Positions 21,942-31,944 of a stretch of 64,000 bases of DNA are shown here, piece by piece. The stretch covers positions 32,001 through 96,000 of the forward strand of contig JBMOPW010000014.1 in assembly GCA_049322915.1 (NCBI GenBank), given 5' to 3'. The notes below the pieces were generated by a model, which saw only the letters and a program-made list of their open reading frames with translations, was not told where the DNA came from and ran no database searches. Origin of the DNA: Candidatus Zhuqueibacterota bacterium (GTDB taxonomy: Bacteria > Zhuqueibacterota > Zhuqueibacteria > Thermofontimicrobiales > Thermofontimicrobiaceae). A program made the translations under genes and the position numbers. Each line of letters starts with the position of its first letter. Positions within the stretch are counted from its first letter, which is position 1.

Positions 21942-22751
21942 TCATTCCACTGTGTGCGTGCGAAATTTTTTGATCAGCAGGAAGGCTGAAATGATGATGA
22001 GGACAATGGCTGGAATAATCCATTGCCAGTGATGACGCGCTGTACTGAGTTCCAGGGGAGATGTATCGCCGGTCAGGACAAAGCCAGCCCAGTAGTAGGG
22101 CGCTGATTTGATCTCTCCGGCATGGCGAAGATAGTTCAGTTTTGCGGTGCGAAGAGCAGCATCTTTGCTGGAACCCCGAATGAGTTCGGCATAGAAATCG
22201 GCCATGATGTGAGAAGTTGATTTGTCATCGACCGGCCACAAGCTCATCGCGATGCTCGGGCACCCTGCGTACATGAAGCTTCGCGCCAGGCTCATGATGC
22301 CTTCTCCCTGGACAAGTTTGCCGCTGCCGGTGTTGCATGCGCTTAAAACAGCCAAATGCGCGTTGAGTTCCAGATTGTAAAGCTCATAAGCGAACAGCTT
22401 ACCGTCCTCGGATAATGTGTCTTTCGGCGAGAAGGCTAAATAGCTGTACATCGGTTGAAGTTCATTGATAATCGTATGCGTTGCGAGATGGAGGATGCGC
22501 GACTTCGGGGCGTATTTCTTAAAATTCGCTTCGGTGGCCTGACGGCGCAGGAATACGTCTCCGCGAAGCAGATTGTCGATATTGCTCACCTCTTGTTCTG
22601 TCCAGGTCAAATCGTGAAGAGTTGCCTGGAGAGGCTCGGACAAAGGTTGATGAAAGGAGAGTTGCTCCTGAGCGAATAGCGAGTAATTTCCGGCAAAGAT
22701 CATTGCCAGAGCCAGCGCGAGCAGGCGCGTGTTAATCATTGGCATTTGCAC
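21942..22751 (-). CDS. CHAT (caspase-like) protease catalytic C-terminal half with its own signal peptide and C-terminal TM anchor
   Basis: Signal-like LLALALAMIFAGNYSLFA; LHLATH (His), VLSACNTG (Cys), GEG, SLWPVDD, PYYWAGF; TM WIIPAIVLIIISAFLLIKK. Confidence 0.92.
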   Translation of the reverse strand: MQMPMINTRLLALALAMIFAGNYSLFAQEQLSFHQPLSEPLQATLHDLTWTEQEVSNIDNLLRGDVFLRRQATEANFKKYAPKSRILHLATHTIINELQPMYSYLAFSPKDTLSEDGKLFAYELYNLELNAHLAVLSACNTGSGKLVQGEGIMSLARSFMYAGCPSIAMSLWPVDDKSTSHIMADFYAELIRGSSKDAALRTAKLNYLRHAGEIKSAPYYWAGFVLTGDTSPLELSTARHHWQWIIPAIVLIIISAFLLIKKFRTHTVE

Positions 22752-22888
22752 ACGAAGTAATGAAAATTCATAAGTGGGTCATTTCAGAAAAATGCTCACC
22801 GCGAGTCGATCTTGCGGCATCTGGAAGGAAACTGAATGTTAAACGCCCTGAAAAATTGAATTGTTTCTCACCCGAATGATGGTCCCGG

Positions 22889-23662
22889 CTATCGCTTTGT
22901 AAGGAGGTTCAAAATTTGTTCGCTCTGCTTTCTGTATTTGCTTGCCGCAGATACTGATTGAAATACCGCCATTGCCTCTGGAATTCGTTCCAGCCTTACC
23001 AGCGCCAGCCCCTGGTACCATTGCGCAGGATCGCGGTAGGGAGAACTGTGGGTTTTCATAATAGCCTCGAAGTGAGGAAGCGCCAGTTGTGGTGTGTCGT
23101 TGATTAGCTGGCACATCCCGGCATAAAAATGGGCGCCGGCGTTTCCTGGCTCGTGCGCTAATAGCTGATCCAATAATTGCTGGCAGGCGGCAATCTGATC
23201 TTTTTCATAGTTCAACATCGCCTGCAAGAAGAGACCCTGACTGGACTCTCCCCTGACGATCGGCGTGATATTCGGGTAAGCCTCGAAAAACTGATTGAAA
23301 ATTCGTTGGTGTGTCTGGTTTGTTTTTAGCAGAAGAAAAGAAGTCGCCAGAGCAACGATAACAAGCGCTGCCATTCCGTACCGCAGCATTGGGTTGCGCC
23401 AGCCTGATTTGGTGCGGCTGAGCCGTTGAGAGACCGAAGTCTGGAGGGCAGCTATGGCAGTGCGGAACTGTAACTCCCCGGCGCTTTTCTGAAATCCCTC
23501 GATGGCATCAGCGCAAAATGGGCAGTGGCGGATATGCAAGTCAATTTTCTCTTTCTGCTCAGGCCGAATGTTGTGTCTTGAATATGAAATGAGTTCATTC
23601 AGCGACAGACAATCCCCAACCGTGGACGCTTTGTCCTCGCAAGTAACATTTTTTTCATTCAT
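22889..23662 (-). CDS. Zinc-binding anti-sigma factor with TM helix and extracytoplasmic TPR domain
   Basis: HIRHCPFC (HxxxCxxC ZAS motif), one TM helix, C-terminal TPR-like helices; overlaps the sigma gene. Confidence 0.85.
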   Translation of the reverse strand: MNEKNVTCEDKASTVGDCLSLNELISYSRHNIRPEQKEKIDLHIRHCPFCADAIEGFQKSAGELQFRTAIAALQTSVSQRLSRTKSGWRNPMLRYGMAALVIVALATSFLLLKTNQTHQRIFNQFFEAYPNITPIVRGESSQGLFLQAMLNYEKDQIAACQQLLDQLLAHEPGNAGAHFYAGMCQLINDTPQLALPHFEAIMKTHSSPYRDPAQWYQGLALVRLERIPEAMAVFQSVSAASKYRKQSEQILNLLTKR

Positions 23663-24254
23663 CTTTTCGGAATTCCCTATCTTGAAGTAAAATATTCTTT
23701 AGGTTCCGCCTTCCATTCTGGATATGACTCTTCACTTTCCCGACCTCAAATCCGGTCGTGTCAGCGATATCCCTGTATGATTTCTTTTCGAAATAAAAAA
23801 GCAAGAGGCATTGGCGCTGCGCTTCAGTCAGTTGATTTAATGCGGCATGTACTTTCGATTCGATATCGCTTTGACCACTATTAAGAGTATCAAAGTCTTC
23901 AAATTCCATAAAAATATTTTTAAATTTTTCAGTTTTTTTCTGCTGAATATTTTCCTTCGTTTTATTTTTTCGAAGGTTATAGAGGCAAAAATTTTTTGTA
24001 ATTGAATACAACCAGCTACTAAAATTGGTCACCGGTTGTATTTTCAGCTTGGTCATGACTTTTTCGAAGATTTCCAGAACCGCATCCTTGCTGTCTTCCT
24101 CATTCCCGAAATATTTCAGGCAGGCGCCATAAACAAGGTGACAATAGCGCTGAAACAGCTCTTCAAAAGCAGCAATATCGCCGTGATCCCTGAACATCTG
24201 AACCAGTTCACGATCAGTTTTTTTCGTCATGAAATTTTTAAAATAGAATCGCAC
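23655..24254 (-). CDS. ECF RNA polymerase sigma factor
   Basis: AFEELFQRY, DAVLEIF, FSSWLYSITKN, SYRDIA...VKSHIQNGRRNL. Confidence 0.93.
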   Translation of the reverse strand: MRFYFKNFMTKKTDRELVQMFRDHGDIAAFEELFQRYCHLVYGACLKYFGNEEDSKDAVLEIFEKVMTKLKIQPVTNFSSWLYSITKNFCLYNLRKNKTKENIQQKKTEKFKNIFMEFEDFDTLNSGQSDIESKVHAALNQLTEAQRQCLLLFYFEKKSYRDIADTTGFEVGKVKSHIQNGRRNLKNILLQDREFRKDE

Positions 24255-24287
24255 TGATTGTTCTCCGTTTTCGCTGGCGCATGAATT

Positions 24288-24361
24288 TAGTATAATAAAA
24301 AATTAGTCTCGATGCAAGATTTAAAAATAAATTTATGGAAAATCACTTTATCTTGCATCTA
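24288..24361. promoter_or_regulatory. Divergent promoter region with 10-bp inverted repeat GATGCAAGAT (24311-24320) / ATCTTGCATC (24350-24359)
   Basis: Minus strand TTGCAT-16-TATACT toward the sigma gene; plus strand GGAAAA...GCATCTA (ECF-like) toward the secreted-protein genes. Confidence 0.45.
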
Positions 24362-24447
24362 TATAATGCATCCTAATTTTTAGCGAACAACCGTCTATAA
24401 AATAAATAGTACGGTATCAGTTCGAAATAAACTGACGGAGGAGAACC

Positions 24448-27400
24448 ATGTCACAAAAATGCTTTCATTTTTTGCTGGCAGCCTGTCTGCTGTTCCCGAT
24501 AGATGGCTACGGATTTGATAAGCAGGCGAAAACAAAAGCATCATCCACGCTGATAAAGCGTGATTCAGCCGTGATTGACGCCAACCAAATTTCAATGGTG
24601 GTGATGAACAATGGTACATTTGGCCGCGATCCGATGTCAGGAAGCGGAGCATTTTTCTTTCCAAAAGGAACGGATAAAAAATTACTCTATACGGCAGGAA
24701 TAGAAATCGCCGGAAAAGTGAACGGAGACATTCGAACTGCCTGCGCAAATTATAATGTCGAATTTCAGCCAGGAAAAATTTTATCGACCGGAGTGGCAGA
24801 CGATCCTGATTTGGAGAAATATCGAATTTACAAAATCAAACCGGGCGATTCCGCAGATCCGGCAAGTCCGAATTATAACATCGATTATGCCGAGTGGCCT
24901 GTCGAGGATGGCGCGCCGGTGGACGCGTCGGGAAGTCCGCTTATCCTCGGCGACCAGACGATGTGGCTCGTCATGAATGATGCAAATGAAAGCCTTCACT
25001 CCGGCTGCTATAACACAGAGCCGTTCAACCTTGAATTGCAGTTGCTGGTCTGGGCGTTCGACGATGAATCGACTGCAATGGGTAAAACTGTTTTTATGCA
25101 ATACACGCTGATCAATAAAAGCCAGAATTCTATCGAAGATGCCTATGTCGGGATTTGGTCTGACGCAGATGTGGGCGACTCCTTTGATGACGCCCTTGCC
25201 TGCGATACCACGCTGGATTTGACCTATGCCTACAATGGAGATGATAGCGATATGATGTACGGGACTGATATCCCGGCTGTTGGGATATGTTTGCTGCAAG
25301 GCCCTGCTGTGCCTTCCATCGGCGAAACAGCATTTCAATTTTTGCATATTCCAGTTTTGAACGCGCGGAATTTAAACATGACCTCAACCAGCGTCTATTA
25401 CTGAGCGCACGAACGATTCAGGGATCCTGAATATACGAGTCGCGGTGCGATTCAATTGTATGGCAATTTTGAAGGATTGGATTTTTTAGGCGATCCAACA
25501 GTCGATTTGTCTACTGGAGAGAATTCTCCTTTTATGAACAGCGGGAATCCTGTTTTTAATACCGGCTGGCTGCAGGACCTCTATATGAAGCCGTGCGATT
25601 TATATTTCCTGCAGGGCAGCGGTCCATTCTCACTCGCGCCTTTGGATACGCAGCGCGTTGTTTACGCAATCATTGTTGGTCATGGAGAAACACGACTGGA
25701 GAGCGTACTGGAATTGAAGCGCAATACAAATTTTATCAGGGATGTCTTTCGCAATGAATTTCAGATGAAAGCCTGGACAGAAACCGAGGTGCGCGTACCC
25801 TCCCAATCCAGGATGGAAATGGCGATTCGGTCAAAGGTGGAAACTGAGGTTGGTACTCAGTCCATTCAGGCGGATTTGCTCACGTACAGCGATTCCCTCG
25901 TCCGAACCATTGATCTGTACGACGATGGGACCCATGGCGATGCTCTAGCCAGCGATTATATTTTTAGCCATGCGCTGACGCTTGATGCGTTGCACCAGGC
26001 GCTTTACATCAACCTTCGAATCAAAGCCGTAAGCGGGAAAGAATATTCTTTCTTGCACGCTGCTGAAGACATCGCTGCGATTTATCCCGATGTTTTTATC
26101 TCTGAAATTGATGTGGCTGCGGATCATTTGAACAATGATGGAAAAATCAACCCCGGCGAGAATGTCCGATTATGCTTCCAGATTAAAAATGAACTGCCTT
26201 TTCCCATCACGTCATTGAATGTGCTGGTGCTACTGGATACGGCTCTTGTACAGGGCAATCCGGAGCATTTCTTTTTTAAGAATGTCGGGATGAATGAATT
26301 TGCGGAGATGGACTATGATCCAAATGACGAGTCGAGCTTTTATGAATTGGATGTCTCTCCGAATTTCCTGGCAGAAAATCCGTCAAATGACAGGATTGAT
26401 TTGAATGTCAAGTTCTATGTCAATGAACATCATATCTGGGATCAGAAATTCACCGTCTCATTGTCGGTTCAACCGCTGGAGCATATTCCCAATCTGGTAA
26501 TCCCTGCCCATATTTCCGGCTATAGCAGCGCCACGTTTGAAATCAGCGTCATCGATCCTGATCAGCTTACCGGGCATACCTATGCAATTACTGTGAGTGA
26601 TTCCATCAATGAGAACGGCGATCCGGGCTTCAATCTCATCGATCAAACATTGGGAGATACTTTGCTCAAACGTCACGAATTGCCGGACACCTATGCCTAC
26701 AATATTCCTATCACAGATGGATTTAAAGTGACCAGAGCCGTTCTGCCCGAAGTAGAACTCAGCGGGCATTTCGAGTCTTATTCCGGAGATGATTTGCGGC
26801 CATTTTATGGGATTAGCTACGACGCCAGTCTGTCGCCATCGATGGTGACATTCGGCGACGCGATCCCTGAACATTATTGCCCGGTGGAAATCGAATTCAC
26901 CAATCGCGTTGATTCCAGCGGTGTGGTTGGCGCTCTGCTTGGCCAGAGTGGATTTCAGCACACGGTATCTCCGCTGCACGGCATAGTCGGATTTTTCCCC
27001 TGTGGAATCAATGTCTGGAAAATTGTCAATAATCAAAGAGCCGGACGGTTGAACATCATCTTCCAGGAAGAATCGCCGTCGCTGCCAGCCTACGATGAAA
27101 CCTGGACTCCCGGCGAATGGCTTTATATCATGGCCAGCAATTACGATGCAACCGGGCAATTGTATCTGGGATTGACGGAAATTCCAATGGGCAGTCTGCT
27201 TTATAAAATGAATCTTTCTTTGAGAAGAGCGGAAAGCGCCGCCGGCATCGGGGATAAATTATATTTTGAACGTTGCTTTCTACCCACAGTTGACGATATG
27301 TGGTTATTCTCTCCCACAAACATTCTGGATGATGGGAATCGGCTTCCGACGCGATTTGAGTTGTACCAGAATTACCCCAATCCATTCAATCCCACGACCA

Positions 27401-27627
27401 CAATTCGATTTTCGATTCCGAAGCAATCACAGGTCAGTTTGAGAGTTTACAACATCCTGGGACAGGAGGTCGCGGACCTGTTCAATCGTATTGCTGGGCC
27501 CGGCGACTATGCTGTGAACTGGAATGGAAAAGATCGGTTCGGGCGGTCAGTTGTTTCAGGTATTTATTTTGCCAGATTTGAGACAAGTGCCGGGACGAGG
27601 TTGATAAAAATGGCGTTGATTCGATAG
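24448..27627 (+). CDS. Secreted protein with C-terminal FlgD/T9SS-like sorting domain, interrupted by an in-frame TGA at 25402-25404 (candidate selenoprotein, or nonsense pseudogene)
   Basis: ORFs 24448..25404 and 25456..27627 are in the same frame, joined by TGA plus 17 sense codons (AHERFRDPEYTSRGAIQ). The joined 1059-aa product is colinear with the adjacent paralog across the junction. Confidence 0.85.
25405..25450 (+). promoter_or_regulatory. SECIS-like hairpin directly after the in-frame TGA
   Basis: Upper stem ATTCAGG (25416-22) / CCTGAAT (25426-32) with loop GAT starting 18 nt after TGA; lower stem CGCAC (25406-10) / GTGCG (25445-49). Confidence 0.5.
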
Positions 27628-27653
27628 TTATAAAAAATCAAGGGAGAGAAAAA

Positions 27654-30600
27654 GTGAAATACAAAATATTTCTTCTGATATTAGCCTTTCATTCATTTGT
27701 TTTCTCGGAAGAAAATAAAATCAATTCGCTGAAGAAACCTGCGGTCTACTCCTCCAAATATTTTGACGTCAACAGAATTGTCTGTTCGGTGCATAACGAC
27801 GGCATTATTGCCAGGCACCCCATCAGCGGGAACAGCGATTTTAAATTTGACGACGATTACCTGGTTTACACCTCCGGCCTGTGGCTGGCCGCCAAAGTGA
27901 ACGGCGCAGTCAGGGCTTCGGCGGCAGATTTCAACACGGACTGGATTGGCGGCGCCATCGATGAATTTGGGAATCCGTTCGGCAAGGAAGACTCCACGTT
28001 CCGCGTTTACAAAATTTCCCGCGGGGATAATGCGGCCACAAACCCGGATTACGCGCAGTGGCCGTCGCAGTTGGGAGCGCCAACCGATGCCCAGGGCAAT
28101 CCGCTGATCTTGGGCGATCAAACACTGTGGTGCAGTTTCACGGATGCGTTCGTCGATGAAAGGATTTGGTACAATATCTGTCCACCGTTAGGCGCAGAGG
28201 TTCATTTAATGGTTTGGGGCTGGAACGAAGTTGATAACGCAATTTTTGTTCGATATGAAATTATCAATAAAAGCGCTGCAATATGGGAAGATACATACTT
28301 TGGTATGTATTCGGATCCTGATGTGGGTGACGCCAACAACGATTTAACCGGGAGCGACAGCACGTTGAGCCTTGTTTACTGTTACGATAATGAAAAGACC
28401 AATTATTATAATAGTAATTATTCTGTGGGGTATGTTTTGTTGGAATCCCCACTAATTCCTTCGACGGGCGATACAGCATTCACCTGGTGGGGCAGAAGAT
28501 TTGATTTTCAAAATGCGCCAATTTACGCGCCGCGCATAGAAAAACACGATTCATATGGATGGGGAGAGGTTAGTTATACATCGAGTGAAACCGCTACCCA
28601 AATTTACAATCGGCTGCAATGTTTGAGTTACAAGGGAGAGCCTGCCATTAATCCAGTAACAAATCTACCGACAAAATGGACTTATTCGGGCGAACCTGTC
28701 ACAGAGACTGGCTGGATCGATAATATTTATCCTCCACGGGACAGGCGAATGATGCTGTCCACAGGGCCGGTCACACTGGCTCCGGGCGATACAGCCGCAA
28801 TCACACTGGCGATTATGGCGGTTCAGCGCAACAAAACAATGGATACGATCGTGGATGTGAAGAGCAATGCTGGGGCGGCGCTGGAGGCCTTTCAAAATGG
28901 CGCCGGCTTATATTCGGAAAAAAAATATGCACCGCCTGGTCAGCAGGGGCTGCTCGTACCAATTCGATTGCTGAATTTTCGGGAATTAGAGAAGCTGGAA
29001 TTTACAATTCGTTGGGAAAAGGAAAAACTGATTTTTCGTGACATCGAACCGGTCAATCGAGCGAAGAATTTTTCTGTGAACTCGGATCAGATCAACCCAG
29101 GAACGACGCGCGTTGAATTGGTGAATCCTGTCTCGGAAGCACTTTCTGTCGGAAATGGAGAGATATTTCAAATCGAATTTGATGTTGCCGTGAATGGGGA
29201 AAGCGAGTTGGTTGATTTTCGAATTAGCAACACGAGCGCAATGGACATCGATGGAAATTTACTAAATCTGAAATCAATCACTAACACAATCGAGATTGAG
29301 CAAATGCATCCGCCGCCGCGGTTGTACACGCCGCCCAATGGTCACTATCTGGATGGAATGAATGTTCAATTCTCCTGGTCGCGAGCCGGAAAAGATAGTG
29401 AAAACTTCACGTACCTGAAATTCGAAAATGATACATGGTCAAAAGTGACAGTTTTTGATACGACCCTGACCATGCCCATGAGGGAATTTGTTTTCAATTC
29501 GAACAGGCCGGATCCAATTGGCTGGTATGTGGCAGTGATGGACTATTCCGAGCCTCTGCTGTCTGTGGAAAAATATTATTTCAGCGTCCCTTCTGTTGAG
29601 GAGTTGAGTTTTGCGCGCCAAATAGTGGAATGCGATATTTCAGATACGACCATTGCCTGGCCGAGAGTGGAAAAATTAGCCATTCAGCTTCCCTACTTTT
29701 ATCTCATCAAGGCGATAGATTTAGGAACGGAGCGTTATGAGCTAACCGTACTTCGACTTTCTCAAAATAATTTCCAACTGGTGAATAAGCAGGATCTGTC
29801 TCCGTTTCTTTTTGATGGGCAATTGATCGTTTCGGGAGACAGGGCATTTTCGTATTATAACAGCCTCATTTACATGTATACCATCAACCAAAATCAGCAA
29901 TTCGTTTTTGATAAATATGCGACCGTGGATTCTCCCATCGGTGTTCTTTTGAAAAATGAAGAGTATTTTTACATTCTCTCGAAGGAAAATTCAGCGCCTA
30001 ACATATTAATCTATAAAGTGAATGAATGGGGAGACCTGGTAAAACTGAGTGAAATTTCCCTGGCTGGCTGGTCCGATGAAACAAGAGAGAGCTCGGGAGA
30101 AGCCATTCGCCTGAAAGACGGGCGGTTGTTTGTGGCCTACGGCGACTGGGGAATTTTCGATGTGTCCGATCCGGGTGCGCCACAGTTATTGGTGCGGTGC
30201 GATATTCCTGATGAGGCAGCGTCCATTGACTACGAAGATGGCAAGGTATATGTCGGTGGTGATAATTACTGGTTGGGTATTTATGACATAACTTCATCTG
30301 AAAATCCGCTGCTTGTTTATAGCGAAACGGTCGAGGATTCGTGGAATGATTGGGCCAAACATCTATCTGTTTATGAAGGAAAGGTATACCTGCATGACCG
30401 ATGGAGAATGCAGGTTTGCCATTATGAACCGGGCAGGGGATTCGTCATCGATGGAATTTTCAATCAGCGCGAATTAGTAAAAATGTTTCAGGATCGAATC
30501 TATGTTATCGACTGGCGATGGGATTGGCAAACGACAATCAGCATCTATGAAAACAGTTTTGTTTCTCGGTGTAATTCGAAGGAAAATGGGGATGCAGTGA

Positions 30601-30875
30601 AGTTCAATTTGGTACAAAACTACCCCAATCCATTCAACGACCGAACGCAAATACATTTTGATGTAGAGAGAACCGCCCAGGTCGCAGTGACGATTTACAA
30701 CATTCATGGCCAAAAAGTAAAAACGTTGCTTGCCGAAGTGAAAGCAGCCGGCAGCCATAGACTGGAATGGGATGGGAAAAATGATGCCGGGCGAACAGTC
30801 GCATCCGGGGTGTATCTGTGCGAGTTGCGCGCCAGTGATCGTTCCAGCATAAAAAAAATATTGCTTTTAAAATGA
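27654..30875 (+). CDS. Secreted paralog with cohesin-like and LVIVD-like segments and a C-terminal FlgD/T9SS-like domain
   Basis: Shares YKI..GD....PDYA.WP...GAP, PLILGDQT.W, INKS, SD.DVGD..DD with the upstream gene; C-terminus QNYPNPFN...WDGKND.G..V.SGVY. Confidence 0.85.
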   Translation: MKYKIFLLILAFHSFVFSEENKINSLKKPAVYSSKYFDVNRIVCSVHNDGIIARHPISGNSDFKFDDDYLVYTSGLWLAAKVNGAVRASAADFNTDWIGGAIDEFGNPFGKEDSTFRVYKISRGDNAATNPDYAQWPSQLGAPTDAQGNPLILGDQTLWCSFTDAFVDERIWYNICPPLGAEVHLMVWGWNEVDNAIFVRYEIINKSAAIWEDTYFGMYSDPDVGDANNDLTGSDSTLSLVYCYDNEKTNYYNSNYSVGYVLLESPLIPSTGDTAFTWWGRRFDFQNAPIYAPRIEKHDSYGWGEVSYTSSETATQIYNRLQCLSYKGEPAINPVTNLPTKWTYSGEPVTETGWIDNIYPPRDRRMMLSTGPVTLAPGDTAAITLAIMAVQRNKTMDTIVDVKSNAGAALEAFQNGAGLYSEKKYAPPGQQGLLVPIRLLNFRELEKLEFTIRWEKEKLIFRDIEPVNRAKNFSVNSDQINPGTTRVELVNPVSEALSVGNGEIFQIEFDVAVNGESELVDFRISNTSAMDIDGNLLNLKSITNTIEIEQMHPPPRLYTPPNGHYLDGMNVQFSWSRAGKDSENFTYLKFENDTWSKVTVFDTTLTMPMREFVFNSNRPDPIGWYVAVMDYSEPLLSVEKYYFSVPSVEELSFARQIVECDISDTTIAWPRVEKLAIQLPYFYLIKAIDLGTERYELTVLRLSQNNFQLVNKQDLSPFLFDGQLIVSGDRAFSYYNSLIYMYTINQNQQFVFDKYATVDSPIGVLLKNEEYFYILSKENSAPNILIYKVNEWGDLVKLSEISLAGWSDETRESSGEAIRLKDGRLFVAYGDWGIFDVSDPGAPQLLVRCDIPDEAASIDYEDGKVYVGGDNYWLGIYDITSSENPLLVYSETVEDSWNDWAKHLSVYEGKVYLHDRWRMQVCHYEPGRGFVIDGIFNQRELVKMFQDRIYVIDWRWDWQTTISIYENSFVSRCNSKENGDAVKFNLVQNYPNPFNDRTQIHFDVERTAQVAVTIYNIHGQKVKTLLAEVKAAGSHRLEWDGKNDAGRTVASGVYLCELRASDRSSIKKILLLK

Positions 30876-30918
30876 TTGTTTGTCATATTGCTGCCGGGAA
30901 CTGAATTTGAGGCGCGAT

Positions 30919-31944
30919 ATGATTCACATAGATGGTTCTTTTGGCGAGGGCGGCGGACAAATTTTACGGACATCGCTCAGTTTATCGCTATTGACTGGCA
31001 GATCATTCGAGATAAAAAATATTCGGGCGAATCGCAAACGGTCCGGACTGATGGCTCAACACCTGAGCAGCGTGGAAGCGGCGCGGTTGATAGGCAAAGG
31101 AACTGTGCGCGGCGCCAGTTTGAATTCGACGCATCTAGTTTTTGAGCCGGGGGCAGTGCAGCCAGGCAGCTATTCCATCGATATTCCCACGGCTGGTGCG
31201 ACAACTCTCGTTTTGCAAACGATCTATCTGCCGCTTGCGTATGGCCGATCAGAATCGCGCGTGACGATCGCGGGCGGCACACACGTTCCGTGGAGTCCGT
31301 GTTTTCATTATCTGAAATATCAATGGCTGCCTGCAATGGAGAAGATCGGTCTTAAAATGAACCTGGAAATGGATCGCGCCGGATTTTTTCCTGAAGGTCA
31401 GGGCGCAATTCGGGCATCCATATTTCCGGTGGACAAAATACGCGGACTGGAATTGACAGAGCGACGAGGGCCGGTGCGGGTTATCGGAATTTCTGCTGTG
31501 GCAAATCTGAATCGCAATGTGGCAGAGCGTCAAAAACAGCAGGCGCTGAAGAGGCTGAAATCCGCCGGATTCGATGCTGAAATCGAAATCGAGAGCATGC
31601 CATCGAAGTTCAAAAATACAATGTGTCTGATTCAGCCCAGGTTTGAACAGTGCAGCGGATGTTTTACAGCGCTTGGCGCCATCGGCAAACGGGCCGAGAA
31701 AGTGGCTGATGAGTCGGTGGCCGTGGCGTTGGAATATCTTCGCGGGAATGGTTGTGTGGATAAATACCTGGCCGATCAACTCATTCTGCCGTTATGTTTC
31801 GGCTCAGGAAAATCGACCTTCACGACGCCGCAGATCACGGAACATCTGCGGACGAATATCGCCATCATAAAGAAATTTCTTGAGATTGAAATTCGTCTCG
31901 AAAATGATGGCGACCAAAATACTCGCATTATTATCCAGAAATGA
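30919..31944 (+). CDS. rtcA: RNA 3'-terminal phosphate cyclase
   Basis: IDGSFGEGGGQILR, NIRANR, GGTHV, LADQL, HLRTN (catalytic His). Confidence 0.95.
   Translation: MIHIDGSFGEGGGQILRTSLSLSLLTGRSFEIKNIRANRKRSGLMAQHLSSVEAARLIGKGTVRGASLNSTHLVFEPGAVQPGSYSIDIPTAGATTLVLQTIYLPLAYGRSESRVTIAGGTHVPWSPCFHYLKYQWLPAMEKIGLKMNLEMDRAGFFPEGQGAIRASIFPVDKIRGLELTERRGPVRVIGISAVANLNRNVAERQKQQALKRLKSAGFDAEIEIESMPSKFKNTMCLIQPRFEQCSGCFTALGAIGKRAEKVADESVAVALEYLRGNGCVDKYLADQLILPLCFGSGKSTFTTPQITEHLRTNIAIIKKFLEIEIRLENDGDQNTRIIIQK

Noticed and set aside
25456..27627. 723-aa ORF as an independent gene
   Set aside because: TTG start, no signal peptide, and in frame and colinear with 24448..25404, so it is the 3' part of one gene.
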